A DNA stretch of 64,000 bases from Actinomycetota bacterium (GTDB taxonomy: Bacteria; Actinomycetota; Thermoleophilia; Solirubrobacterales; 70-9): positions 6,911-70,910 of the forward strand of contig JBKPOX010000084.1 of the NCBI GenBank assembly GCA_046733335.1, written 5' to 3'. Position 1 is the stretch's first letter. The number at the start of each line of letters is the position of its first letter. The position numbers and the translations under genes are program-made. Positions 28,257 through 36,945 of this stretch are shown here, in pieces. A model generated the notes under the pieces. The model was not told where the DNA came from. It saw only the letters and a program-made list of their open reading frames with translations, and did no database searches.

Positions 28257-29447
28257 CTAGGGCAGCTTGGCGCCGGCGAGGTCGGCGTAGACCGCGGCGG
28301 TCTGCTCGGCGACGTCGCCCCAGTCGAAGCGGCGCACGTGCTCGTGGGCTTCGGCGACGAGGCGGCGGCCCAGCTCGTCGTCGGAGAGGACGCGGATCGC
28401 CACCTCGGCCAGCGCTTCGGGGTCGTGGGCGCGGAAGCGCAGGCCCGCCTCCTCGTGCGGGACCACCTCGCGCAGGCCGCCGGTGTCGGCGACGATGCAG
28501 GGGCAGCCCGAGGCCATCGCCTCCAGCGCCACCAGGCCGAAGGGCTCGTAGATCGAGGGGACGACGGTGAGGTCGGCGATCCGGTAGAGCGAGTGGAGCA
28601 CGTCGTCGCCGATCCAGCCGAGGAAGGTGCCGTGCTCCATCAGCCCCAGCTCCTGCGCCTGGCGTTTCAGTTCCGCCTCGTGGGTGCCGGAGCCGGCGAC
28701 GAGGAAGCGAGTGCCCGGCGCCTCCGCGATCACCCGCGGCATCGCCTCCAGCGCCAGCTGGAAGCCCTTCTCGTAGACGAGGCGGCCGATCAGCAGGACC
28801 AGCTTCTGCTCCGGCGCCGCGAACTCCGAGCGCAGCCGCGCCAGGTCCTCGGCCGGCTGCTCGGGCAGGTCGCCGGGGTCGATCCCGTTCGGGATCACCG
28901 TGATCCGCGCCTCCTCGACCCCGAAGATGTCGGCCACCTGTTCGCGCATGTAGTGGGAGCAGGTGATGACGCGGTGAGAGCGGTTGGTGATCCAGCGCTC
29001 GACCCCGTGGATGTAGGTCTGGGGGTGCTTGTCGACCCAGCCCTGGTGGCGGCCGTACTCGGTCGCGTGGATGGTCGTGATCAGCGGGGCGCCGAAGCGC
29101 TTGGCCAGGTGGTCGCAGGCGTTGGCGACGAGCCAGTCGTGGCCGTGGACGAGGTCATAGCTGTAGCGGTCGCCGAGCTCGACGCCGGCGGCCAGCATGT
29201 CTGAGTTCATCCGCTCCACCCAGGCGACGAACTCGCCGAGGTCGGTGGGGCGCTTGGGCTCGCGAATGCGGTGGATGACGACGCCGTCGCGGCGCTCCTC
29301 GGCCGGCGACTCCTCCCCGCCACGGGTGAGGACGTGCACCTCGACCTCGCGTTCCACCAGCGCCTCGGAGAGCTTGCGGACGTGGCGGGCCAGCCCGCCC
29401 TCGATCAGCGGCGGGTACTCCCAGGAGAGGATGAGAACGCGGGTCAA
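28257..29447 (-). CDS. GT4 alpha-glucosyltransferase (Rv3032-like)
   Basis: MTRVLILSWEYPPLIEGGLARHVRKLSEAL, HGHDWLVA, TIHATEYGRHQGW, GRLVYEKG, EPFGLVALEAMASG. This pattern matches what I recall for M. tuberculosis Rv3032 and its family. Confidence 0.88.
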   Translation of the reverse strand: MTRVLILSWEYPPLIEGGLARHVRKLSEALVEREVEVHVLTRGGEESPAEERRDGVVIHRIREPKRPTDLGEFVAWVERMNSDMLAAGVELGDRYSYDLVHGHDWLVANACDHLAKRFGAPLITTIHATEYGRHQGWVDKHPQTYIHGVERWITNRSHRVITCSHYMREQVADIFGVEEARITVIPNGIDPGDLPEQPAEDLARLRSEFAAPEQKLVLLIGRLVYEKGFQLALEAMPRVIAEAPGTRFLVAGSGTHEAELKRQAQELGLMEHGTFLGWIGDDVLHSLYRIADLTVVPSIYEPFGLVALEAMASGCPCIVADTGGLREVVPHEEAGLRFRAHDPEALAEVAIRVLSDDELGRRLVAEAHEHVRRFDWGDVAEQTAAVYADLAGAKLP

Positions 29448-29504
29448 GGTTCGTCGGCTGGGGGTCCGGTGGCTGGTTCCTTGGCTGGATCCGGGCTGGC
29501 TGGT

Positions 29505-30923
29505 TCAGGGCTCCAGGAGCGGGGCGGTGCTGAGGTCCGGGGCGAGCGAGCGCAATCGCGGGTCGGGGTGGCGGCCGCAGTCTATGGCCTCCAACATCGC
29601 CCGTGAGTGGTCGGTGGCGCGCTGGTAGGCGTAGTCCCCGGCCTGCTTGCGCTGGTCGAGGAAGGCCCAGTCGCTCGACTGGGCGGCGAGCAGCTCGCGC
29701 GCCGCGCGCAGCAGCCGGTCTCCCCCCACCCCGGCCACCGCCGCCCGCAGCAGGCGCAGCTCCAGCCGCCGGGCGCCCCAGGCGAGGTCGGCCACGGGGG
29801 GCGAGTCCCAGGTGCGGAGGTCCTTGCCCTCGCCCCAGCTCGAGGCGTGGAGGGTGCGGGCGACCGGTTCGTGCTCGGCGAGCGCCCCCGGGACCGTGAC
29901 CAGGCGGACCCCCGCGGCCTCCGCCTCCTCCAGCACGGTGCGGAGCCAGAGCGGGCCCTCCGACCACCAGTGCCCCAGCAGCTCGGTGTCGATCGCGAAG
30001 ACGAGCAGGCCGCGGCGGCCGCGCTCGGCGGCGTAGGCGCGGAGCCGCGCCGCCACCGCGGTGAGGAACTCGCCCGCTTGACGCCGTGCCGCCGACTCGG
30101 CGGCGGCGGGATCGTAAGCGCCTCCGCCGACGCGCCAGATCCGGATGCCCCGCAGCGATTTGCCGGCGAACTGGGCATGGGCGGGGTCGGAGGGGTACCC
30201 GTCGAGCGACCAGAGCCAGGCGATCGCCTCCCAGTCGATCGGCAGCGCCACCGGCCCCGCCTCGGTCCGCACCGGCGCCAGCGCCTCGAGCGGGTCCCCG
30301 TGCGCGCTCTGGTCGACGCAGAACCAGCGCGCTCCCTGCTCGGCCAGCCGCCACTCCAGCCCCGGCGCGTACGCGCACTCCGGCAGCCAGATGCCGCCGT
30401 CCCAGCCGAAGCGGCGCCGGTGGGAGCGGATGCCGGCCTGCAGCTGCAGCCGCACCCCCTCCCTGGTCGCCAGCAGCGGCAGCACCGCGTGGGTGGCGGC
30501 CGAGGTGGCGAGGGCGATCCGGCCCTCGCTCGCGGCGCGCTGGAACGGGGCCAGGGGATCGCCCCCGGCCGCGTCGAGGAGCTCGAGCGCGTGGGCGTAG
30601 CGCCGGCGCTCGCCCTCGCAGGCGGCCCGACATTCGCGCGGCACCTGCGGCAGGTCAGCTTCGGCCGCGCCGAGCCGCCACTCGACCAGGAACCGCCGCA
30701 GCCGCTCCGCCGCGCCGCGGTCTTCGAGCTGGTCCGCCAGCACCGGCGTCACCGTCATCGTCAGGTCCCGCGCCACCTCCAGCACCGGCAGGTAGGAGCG
30801 GACCACCGCGTCGAACAGCCACTCCTCGCCGAAGGGGTAGGTCCCGAAGCCCTCGACGTAGGGCATGTGGCTGTGCAGGACGATCGCCAAGTCCCCGACG
30901 CCCTCCCTCCCGAACTGCATCAA
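29505..30923 (-). CDS. GH57-family (DUF1957) glucan branching-type enzyme (Rv3031-like)
   Basis: LAIVLHSHMPYVEGFGTYPFGEEWLFDAV is the typical GH57 N-terminus. The track start (30923) and ATG 30920 lie inside the arm of palindromic element copy 2. TTG 30890 is preceded by GGGAGGGAGGG about 10 nt upstream and is the more likely start. Confidence 0.88.
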   Translation of the reverse strand: MMQFGREGVGDLAIVLHSHMPYVEGFGTYPFGEEWLFDAVVRSYLPVLEVARDLTMTVTPVLADQLEDRGAAERLRRFLVEWRLGAAEADLPQVPRECRAACEGERRRYAHALELLDAAGGDPLAPFQRAASEGRIALATSAATHAVLPLLATREGVRLQLQAGIRSHRRRFGWDGGIWLPECAYAPGLEWRLAEQGARWFCVDQSAHGDPLEALAPVRTEAGPVALPIDWEAIAWLWSLDGYPSDPAHAQFAGKSLRGIRIWRVGGGAYDPAAAESAARRQAGEFLTAVAARLRAYAAERGRRGLLVFAIDTELLGHWWSEGPLWLRTVLEEAEAAGVRLVTVPGALAEHEPVARTLHASSWGEGKDLRTWDSPPVADLAWGARRLELRLLRAAVAGVGGDRLLRAARELLAAQSSDWAFLDQRKQAGDYAYQRATDHSRAMLEAIDCGRHPDPRLRSLAPDLSTAPLLEP

Positions 30924-30960
30924 ATTTCCGGCCCCCTAGCCCGGAAATTTGATGCAGTTC
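30912..30960. repeat. palindromic intergenic element, copy 2
   Basis: GAACTGCATCAAATTTCCGG (30912-30931) and its exact reverse complement (30941-30960) flank a 9-nt loop. Lies 5 nt after the stop of the methyltransferase gene (30966). Same arms and same polypurine flank as copy 1. Confidence 0.85.
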
Positions 30961-30965
30961 GCGCT

Positions 30966-31730
30966 TCAGGGGGCACGGCAGACGGCGAGGAAGTCAAGGG
31001 CGCGGTCGAGATGTCCCTCGCGCAGGCTGAAGTCGGAGGCGGAGATGGCGGGGGTGAAGCGGTCGTAGAAGGGCTTCGTCACGCCGAGCCGCTTGTGGAC
31101 CGAGTCCCAGCCGAGCTTGATCGCCAGCTCGTGCGCGCGCAGCTTGCGCGCGTGGAAGAGCCCGAGCATCTCGACCCGCTCGAAGTGCGCCTCGCAGAGC
31201 GCCCGGAACTCCTCGGCCCGGTACTCCTTCAGGTGCCAGGGGTTGTCCGACTTCTCCGCCCCGGCCGGCGCCAGCGTCAGCAGGTTCGGGGTCGAGACGT
31301 AGGTGGCTCCGCCCGGCGTCAGCATCGACCTGAAGTGATCGAGGATCGCGCCGGGGTCCTGGACGTGCTCGATCGTCTGCAGGAAGACCACCGCGTCGCA
31401 GGGCTCGGCGAAGCTCTCGACCAGGTCGCGCTCGAAGCGCAGGTTAGGCCGGCGGTAGCGCAGGCGCGCGTGCTCGTGCGCCTCGGGGTTGGCGTCGACG
31501 CCGACGACGCTGGCGGCGGAGCGGGCGAGGACGTCGGAGCCGTAGCCCTCGCCGCAGGCCATGTCGAGGACCCGCAGCCCCTTCACCCGCTCGGCGATCC
31601 ACTCATAGACGACCAGGTGGCGGCGGTACCAGTAGTTCTCCTCGGGCACGTCGGGCAGCGTCCGCTCCCCGGTCAGGGGCAGCGGCGGCACGCCCGCGGG
31701 CTGGTTCTCCTGGAGGTACTGGCGCTCCAC
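30966..31730 (-). CDS. class I SAM-dependent methyltransferase (Rv3030-like position)
   Basis: C-terminal 254 aa of track ORF 30966..32477: RVLDMACGEGYGSDVLA (motif I), VVGVDAN, AVVFLQTIEHVQDP, LTPGGATYVSTPN. Start is GTG at 31730. Confidence 0.85.
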   Translation of the reverse strand: MERQYLQENQPAGVPPLPLTGERTLPDVPEENYWYRRHLVVYEWIAERVKGLRVLDMACGEGYGSDVLARSAASVVGVDANPEAHEHARLRYRRPNLRFERDLVESFAEPCDAVVFLQTIEHVQDPGAILDHFRSMLTPGGATYVSTPNLLTLAPAGAEKSDNPWHLKEYRAEEFRALCEAHFERVEMLGLFHARKLRAHELAIKLGWDSVHKRLGVTKPFYDRFTPAISASDFSLREGHLDRALDFLAVCRAP

Positions 31731-31769
31731 GGGACCGCACGGTATTGGAGCGCGTAGAGTTCCGGCGCG

Positions 31770-32690
31770 ATGCCGGCCTCCCCCTCCGCCACCCCGGAGC
31801 ACATCAAGGACGTCAACACCCGCTACCACGACGCGGCGGCCGAGGAGTACGACGCCAAGTGGGGAATCGACTTCGGCGAGATCGGTCAGCGGCAGGTGCG
31901 GCTGAAGCTGGTCAAGGCGCTGGGCGGCCAGAAGGGCCGGAGCTTCGGCGACGCCCTGGAGATCGGCTCCGGCACGGGGTACTTCTCGCTCAACCTCGTC
32001 CAGCTCGGGGTGGTCGAGCGGCTGACCGCGACCGACATCTCGCCCGGGATGCTGAAGCGGCTCGCGGCCACCGCCGAGGCGCTGGGGCTCGAGGACGTCA
32101 GCACGGTCGCCACCGAGGCCGAGGAGCTTCCGTTCGCCGACGAGAGCTTCGACCTCGTCTTCGGCCACGCCGTCCTGCACCACATCCCCGACCTCGACAG
32201 GGCCTTCGCGGAGTTCCGGCGGGTGCTGCGGCCGGGCGGGATGATCGCCTTCGCGGGCGAGCCCTCCCGCTACGGGGATCGCCTGGCGGCGATGCCGAAG
32301 CGCGCAGGCCTGGCGCTGGCGCCGGCCTGGCGCCGCCTCACCGGGGCGGAGCTGCGCGCGGTCACCGAGGCCGAGCAGTCCGAGGGCCACTCGCTGGAGG
32401 GCGAGGTCGACGTCCACGCCTTCGCGCCCGCCGACCTGCGGCGCCTGCTGCGCGACGGCGGCTTCGAGCAGCGCCACGTCGGCGGCGAGGAGCTCCTCTC
32501 CAACGCCTGGGGCTGGGGCCTGCGCACGGTCGAGTCGAGCGCCGAGCCGGAGTCGATCCCGTTCGGCTGGCGCCGCTTCGCCTTCAACAGCTACATCGCC
32601 CTGCAGAAGGTCGACACCCGCCTGCTCGAGCCCTACCTGCCGGCCGAGCTCTTCTACAACCTGCTGGTCTCGGCGCGAAAACCCGCCTAG
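31770..32690 (+). CDS. class I SAM-dependent methyltransferase (Methyltransf_11-like)
   Basis: ALEIGSGTGYFSLNL (motif I), ATDISPGML, FDLVFGHAVLHHIPD, LRPGGMIAFAGEP. Divergent from the previous methyltransferase. Confidence 0.85.
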   Translation: MPASPSATPEHIKDVNTRYHDAAAEEYDAKWGIDFGEIGQRQVRLKLVKALGGQKGRSFGDALEIGSGTGYFSLNLVQLGVVERLTATDISPGMLKRLAATAEALGLEDVSTVATEAEELPFADESFDLVFGHAVLHHIPDLDRAFAEFRRVLRPGGMIAFAGEPSRYGDRLAAMPKRAGLALAPAWRRLTGAELRAVTEAEQSEGHSLEGEVDVHAFAPADLRRLLRDGGFEQRHVGGEELLSNAWGWGLRTVESSAEPESIPFGWRRFAFNSYIALQKVDTRLLEPYLPAELFYNLLVSARKPA

Positions 32691-32721
32691 AGCCCGGGTC
32701 CGGCCAGGACGCCGAGCGCCC

Positions 32722-33873
32722 CTAACGCCGCAGGCGCGGCCCGCGGTCCTTGGGTTCGCCGGGGGCGCGGGCGCGGTAGAGCTTGGCCCGGTAATCGAGC
32801 CCCTTGAGGCGGCGCTCGCCGACGTAGGAGTAGTCGAAGTCCTCGCCCGCCGCCTCCTTCGTCTCCTCGTCGAGGACGACGCTGCCGGGGCGGGCGACGC
32901 CGGTGATGCGGCTGGCGAGGTTGACCGCGCGGCCGTAGTAGTCGCCCGACTGGGGGAGGGTGGGGCCGCTGGCGATCCCGGCCCGCAACCAGGGGAACTG
33001 CTGCCCTTCCGCCTCGGCGGCGTCGATCAGCGCCAGCGCCGCGGAGACCATCGGCTTGGGCTCGGTGGAGACCAGCATCACCTCGTCGCCGATCGTCTTC
33101 ACCAGTCGCACCGGCGGCTCGGCGACGGCGGTGGCCATCTCCTCCAGCCGCCCCGCGACCATCCCCAGCTCCTCCGGCGCGATTTCCTCCCCGAGCCGGG
33201 TGAACTCGACCAGGTCGGCGAAGCAGACGGTGAGGTGGACCGTGCCGCCGACGTCACCCGAGGCGAGGTCGGTGGCGCCGATCACGTCGCGGCGGATCTG
33301 TTCCAGCAGGTGCGCCTGGAGGGCGTAGACGACCGTCGGCCCGACCAGCGGCAGCATGTAGTCGGCTGCGGCGACGAAGCGCTGGGCGACGTCGCGTTCG
33401 GTGTCGCCGGGCCGGATCAGGTTGCGGACGATCAGCTCCCGGTTCGCTTCGGCGATCCGCGCCGTGCCCATTCCGATCGTGCGGGCGACCTGCAGCAGTC
33501 CGTCCTCGGGCAGCCCCGCGTCGATGAAGGCCTTCACCCGGCGGGCCGCCTCGAGGTCGGCCTCGCTGGCGCGGCGTTCGTCGGGGTCCGGGTAGGGGAT
33601 GCCTAGCGCGGCGCGGAAGCGCTGCAACACGTCGAGGTCGATCTCCGCCCGCTCGGCCACCTCGCGGGCGGTGTAGCGGGGGCCCTCGCCGGCGAGCGCC
33701 CGCTCGACGGGCAGCAGGGTCAGGCGACCGGCCGCCACCGCGTCCTTCAGCTCCTCGAGCGTGCAGCCTTCCTGGGCGAGCTGGTCGAGCAGCTGCCGCC
33801 GGGCCTCGCGCGGCGCGCCCGCGATCCCGTCCAGCAGCCCCTCGGCCTCGAAGTCGATTTCGGCGCCAGCCAC
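32722..33873 (-). CDS. class III adenylate/guanylate cyclase with N-terminal helical regulatory domain
   Basis: Catalytic domain: TVCFADLVEFTRLGE...VKTIGDEVMLV...LRAGIASGP...GDYYGRAVNLASRI. The N-terminal ~190 aa are helical (possibly Rv1264-type regulatory domain; recollection only). Start is GTG 33873 or TTG 33885, just after the ggt stop. Confidence 0.85.
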   Translation of the reverse strand: MAGAEIDFEAEGLLDGIAGAPREARRQLLDQLAQEGCTLEELKDAVAAGRLTLLPVERALAGEGPRYTAREVAERAEIDLDVLQRFRAALGIPYPDPDERRASEADLEAARRVKAFIDAGLPEDGLLQVARTIGMGTARIAEANRELIVRNLIRPGDTERDVAQRFVAAADYMLPLVGPTVVYALQAHLLEQIRRDVIGATDLASGDVGGTVHLTVCFADLVEFTRLGEEIAPEELGMVAGRLEEMATAVAEPPVRLVKTIGDEVMLVSTEPKPMVSAALALIDAAEAEGQQFPWLRAGIASGPTLPQSGDYYGRAVNLASRITGVARPGSVVLDEETKEAAGEDFDYSYVGERRLKGLDYRAKLYRARAPGEPKDRGPRLRR

Positions 33874-33907
33874 GGGCCCATTCAACCGCCTGGACCGGTT
33901 GCGTGGT

Positions 33908-35413
33908 TCAGGCGTAGGCGACGGCGCCGCCGCGGCGGGGGTCGCCGCCGCCGCTGAGCTCGCCGCTGCGGGGGTCCCGCGCCACCGCCTGCACGCCGCC
34001 GAAGAAGAGGTTGATCGCCGGCCGGCGCGCCACCGGCACGCCGCGCGCTTCGATCCGGCGCAGCGCCTCCTCGTCGATCCCCGGCTCGGCCTGGACGACT
34101 CCCTGCTCGAAGTGCAGCCGCGGCGCCTCGACGGCGGCCGCCACCGGGAAGCCCTGCTCGATCGTGCGGACCACCGTCTGCAGGATCGCCGAGCGGATCC
34201 GGTTGGAGCCGGCGCTGCCGACGGCGAGGACGATCTCACCGTCCCGCAGCACCGCGGTCGGCGCCATCATCGAGGGGACCCGCCGGCCCGGCGCGATGCG
34301 GTGGAAGCCGCCGGGGTTGAGGTCCTCCTCGCCGAGCATGTTGTTGAGGATCACGCCGGTGCCCGGGACGAGGACGCCGGAGCCGGAGCCGTTGGAGCAG
34401 GTGACGGCGGCACAGGCCCCCTGCGAGTCCATCACCGAGATGTGGGTGGTCGAGCCGAGCAGGTCGGCGGCGGCGAGGTCGAGGCCGACCGGGTCGAGGA
34501 AGCTCGTCTCCATGCCCTGCTCGTAGAGCGCCTCGGCGAAGGCGAGGTCGCGGCGGTCGTTCGCCGCCTGCATCGCCAGGACCAGCTGCTCGGGCCCACT
34601 GTGGGGGCCGAAGCGCTCGAGCAGCCCCAGGCAGTAGGCGATGAGAATGCCCCCCGAGGAGGGCGGCGGGTTCGTCAGGACCTCGGCGCCGCGAAACGGG
34701 GCGGCGACGGGCGGCCGCTCGAGCGCCTCGTAGGAGGCGAGGTCGCCGGGGCCGAGCGTGCCGCCGCGGGCGACCACGAACTCGCTGATCCTCGCCGCGA
34801 CCTCGCCCCGGTAGAACGGCTCCGCCCCCTCGGCGGCGAACAGCTCCAGCGCCTCCGCCAGCTCGGGGAAGGCGAAGACGTCGCCCTCGACCAGCCGCCG
34901 TCCCCGGGGCGCGTAGAGCTCGCGCGTCCCCTCCCCCAGCTCATGGATCGGGCCGAGGATCTCGAGGATGTAGGCCTGCTGGCGGTTGACCGGCGCCCCC
35001 TCGCGGGCGAGGCGGATCGCCGGCCCGACCAGGGCCGAGAGCGGCATCGACCCGAAGCGCTGGAGCGCGTGCGCGAGGCCCGCGGCGGTCCCCGGCACCC
35101 CGCAGGACGCCGGGCCGACGTAGAACGTCTGTGTCGTCTCCGCGTCGAAGCGGACCGGGACCGGGACCAGCTCCGCCGTCCGCTCGATCAGGTCCTGCCC
35201 GGGCGCGGCGACGAAGAAGTCGATCAGCGTCGTCTCCCCCGCCTCGTGGACCATCATGTGGCCGCCGGCGCCGAACCCGGTCAGCGGGCTCTCGACCGCG
35301 AACGACGCCAGCACCGCGCAGACCGCGGCGTCGACCGCGTTGCCGCCCTCGCGCAGGACCGCGGCCCCGGCCTCGGCGGTCAGCGGATGGCCGGCTGCGA
35401 CGACCCCTCTCAT
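33908..35413 (-). CDS. ggt: gamma-glutamyltranspeptidase family protein
   Basis: GGHMMV, and the autoprocessing region LLGSTTHISVMDSQGACAAVTCSNGSGSGVLVPGTGVILNNMLGE. Confidence 0.9.
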   Translation of the reverse strand: MRGVVAAGHPLTAEAGAAVLREGGNAVDAAVCAVLASFAVESPLTGFGAGGHMMVHEAGETTLIDFFVAAPGQDLIERTAELVPVPVRFDAETTQTFYVGPASCGVPGTAAGLAHALQRFGSMPLSALVGPAIRLAREGAPVNRQQAYILEILGPIHELGEGTRELYAPRGRRLVEGDVFAFPELAEALELFAAEGAEPFYRGEVAARISEFVVARGGTLGPGDLASYEALERPPVAAPFRGAEVLTNPPPSSGGILIAYCLGLLERFGPHSGPEQLVLAMQAANDRRDLAFAEALYEQGMETSFLDPVGLDLAAADLLGSTTHISVMDSQGACAAVTCSNGSGSGVLVPGTGVILNNMLGEEDLNPGGFHRIAPGRRVPSMMAPTAVLRDGEIVLAVGSAGSNRIRSAILQTVVRTIEQGFPVAAAVEAPRLHFEQGVVQAEPGIDEEALRRIEARGVPVARRPAINLFFGGVQAVARDPRSGELSGGGDPRRGGAVAYA

Positions 35414-35424
35414 GGGGCCGGCGC

Positions 35425-36945
35425 TCAGCTCGGGAGAAACTCTGGGACGTCGATGCCGAGCTCGCGATCGCCGCCGCGGCCGCGGCGCGGGCCTTCGGCG
35501 TCTTTGGTGCGGCGGATCGTCGGCTCGGCGGCGCGGCGCGGCGGCGTCGTCCGGCCGTCGAAGCGGGTGGCGACGACGGTGACCCAGATCTGGTCGGAGA
35601 GCTCCTCGTCGACGTTGGCGCCGAAGATGATGTTGGCGTCGGGGTGGGCGGCCTCGCCGACCACCTTGGCCGCCTCGGACACCTCGACCAGCGAGAGGTC
35701 GGCGCCGCCGGTTATCGAGAGCAGGATCGAGCGGGCGCCGTCCATCGAGGTCTCCAGCAGCGGTGAGGAGATCGCTTTTTCGGCGGCGAGGACGGCGCGG
35801 TCGTCGCCGTAGGCCATCCCGATCCCGAGCAGGGCGCGCCCGGCTTCGGACATGATCGTCCGCACGTCGGCGAAGTCGAGGTTGATCACGGCGGGGAGGG
35901 TGACGAGGTCCGAGATTCCCTGGACCCCCTGGCGGAGGACGTCGTCGGCGACCTTGAAGGCCTCGACCATCGAGGTCTGCTGGTCGAGCACGTCGAGCAG
36001 GCGGTCGTTGGGGACGACGATCAGGGTGTCGACCTCGGCGGCGAGCTCGTCGATTCCCTTCTGGGCCTGGGTGCCGCGCCGGCTGCCCTCGAAGCTGAAC
36101 GGCTTGGTGACGATGCCGACGGTGAGCGCGCCGACCTCGCGGGCGAGGCGGGCGACGACCGGGGCGGCGCCCGAGCCGGTGCCGCCACCGGCGCCGGCGG
36201 CGACGAAGACCATGTCGGAGCCCTTCAGCAGGCGCTTGATCTTGTCCTGCTCCTCGAAGGCGGAGCGGTGCCCGACCTCGGGGTCTGCGCCGGCGCCGAG
36301 ACCGCGGGTCTGCTCGTCGCCGATGTGGACGGTGACGTCCGCGACGCAGAGCTGCAGCGACTGGAGGTCGGTGTTGACCGCCATGAACTCGACCCCCGGG
36401 ATGCGGGCGTCGACCATCCGGTTGACCGCGTTGACGCCGGCGCCCCCGACCCCGACGACTTTGATCACCGGTTGGTGCGGCTCGCCGCTCCCCGGCGGCT
36501 CGTAGGCAGGCTCCTCCCGCCCGTAGCGCGGCGTATCCGTGGTGAACGCATCGCGCCGCGGCTTCGGCTCCTCGTTGAAGACCCTCTTCAACCGATCCGG
36601 CGCCGACTCACTAGAAGTCTCAACCCCGCTCGAACCCTCGACGTCTTGGTCATAGAGGCCGGGAGCTTGCTCCTGCCGTAGTGGAACGTCAGCCGAAGCC
36701 GCTTCTCCAGCGGGTGGCGTCGTAGGGGGGACCCCCTCCTGCCGCGCAGGAGGGGGTGGGTCCCCTGCGGCGACAGGACCCGCTGGCCGATCCGCCTCAT
36801 CCTGAAGTCTCTTTGCCTCGGCCGGGTCTTCCCTGCCGTACCGCGGCGCCTCCGGCGGATCGATCGGCGCGTCCTCCGACGTCGACCGGAAGAGGTCCGA
36901 CAGCGGCCCCTCGCGCATGCTTGCCCGCTTGTTACGCCGAGCCAT
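35425..36945 (-). CDS. ftsZ: cell division protein FtsZ with ~150-aa N-terminal extension
   Basis: Core: [45 protein letters not shown] (tubulin signature), [15 protein letters not shown]-terminal peptide is [13 protein letters not shown] 36945 has AAGGAGG 8 nt upstream and overlaps the ParA-like stop by 14 nt. No credible SD precedes the GTG nearer the core. Confidence 0.9.
   Translation of the reverse strand: MARRNKRASMREGPLSDLFRSTSEDAPIDPPEAPRYGREDPAEAKRLQDEADRPAGPVAAGDPPPPARQEGVPPTTPPAGEAASADVPLRQEQAPGLYDQDVEGSSGVETSSESAPDRLKRVFNEEPKPRRDAFTTDTPRYGREEPAYEPPGSGEPHQPVIKVVGVGGAGVNAVNRMVDARIPGVEFMAVNTDLQSLQLCVADVTVHIGDEQTRGLGAGADPEVGHRSAFEEQDKIKRLLKGSDMVFVAAGAGGGTGSGAAPVVARLAREVGALTVGIVTKPFSFEGSRRGTQAQKGIDELAAEVDTLIVVPNDRLLDVLDQQTSMVEAFKVADDVLRQGVQGISDLVTLPAVINLDFADVRTIMSEAGRALLGIGMAYGDDRAVLAAEKAISSPLLETSMDGARSILLSITGGADLSLVEVSEAAKVVGEAAHPDANIIFGANVDEELSDQIWVTVVATRFDGRTTPPRRAAEPTIRRTKDAEGPRRGRGGDRELGIDVPEFLPS

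Noticed and set aside
35425-36490. A shorter FtsZ starting at the GTG just before VIKVVGVGG, which would make the N-terminal extension a 5' UTR.
   Set aside because: That GTG has no SD at usable distance. ATG 36945 has AAGGAGG at 8 nt and overlaps the upstream stop. The reading frame stays open with no stop for 150 codons. The long form is kept, but it needs experimental confirmation.
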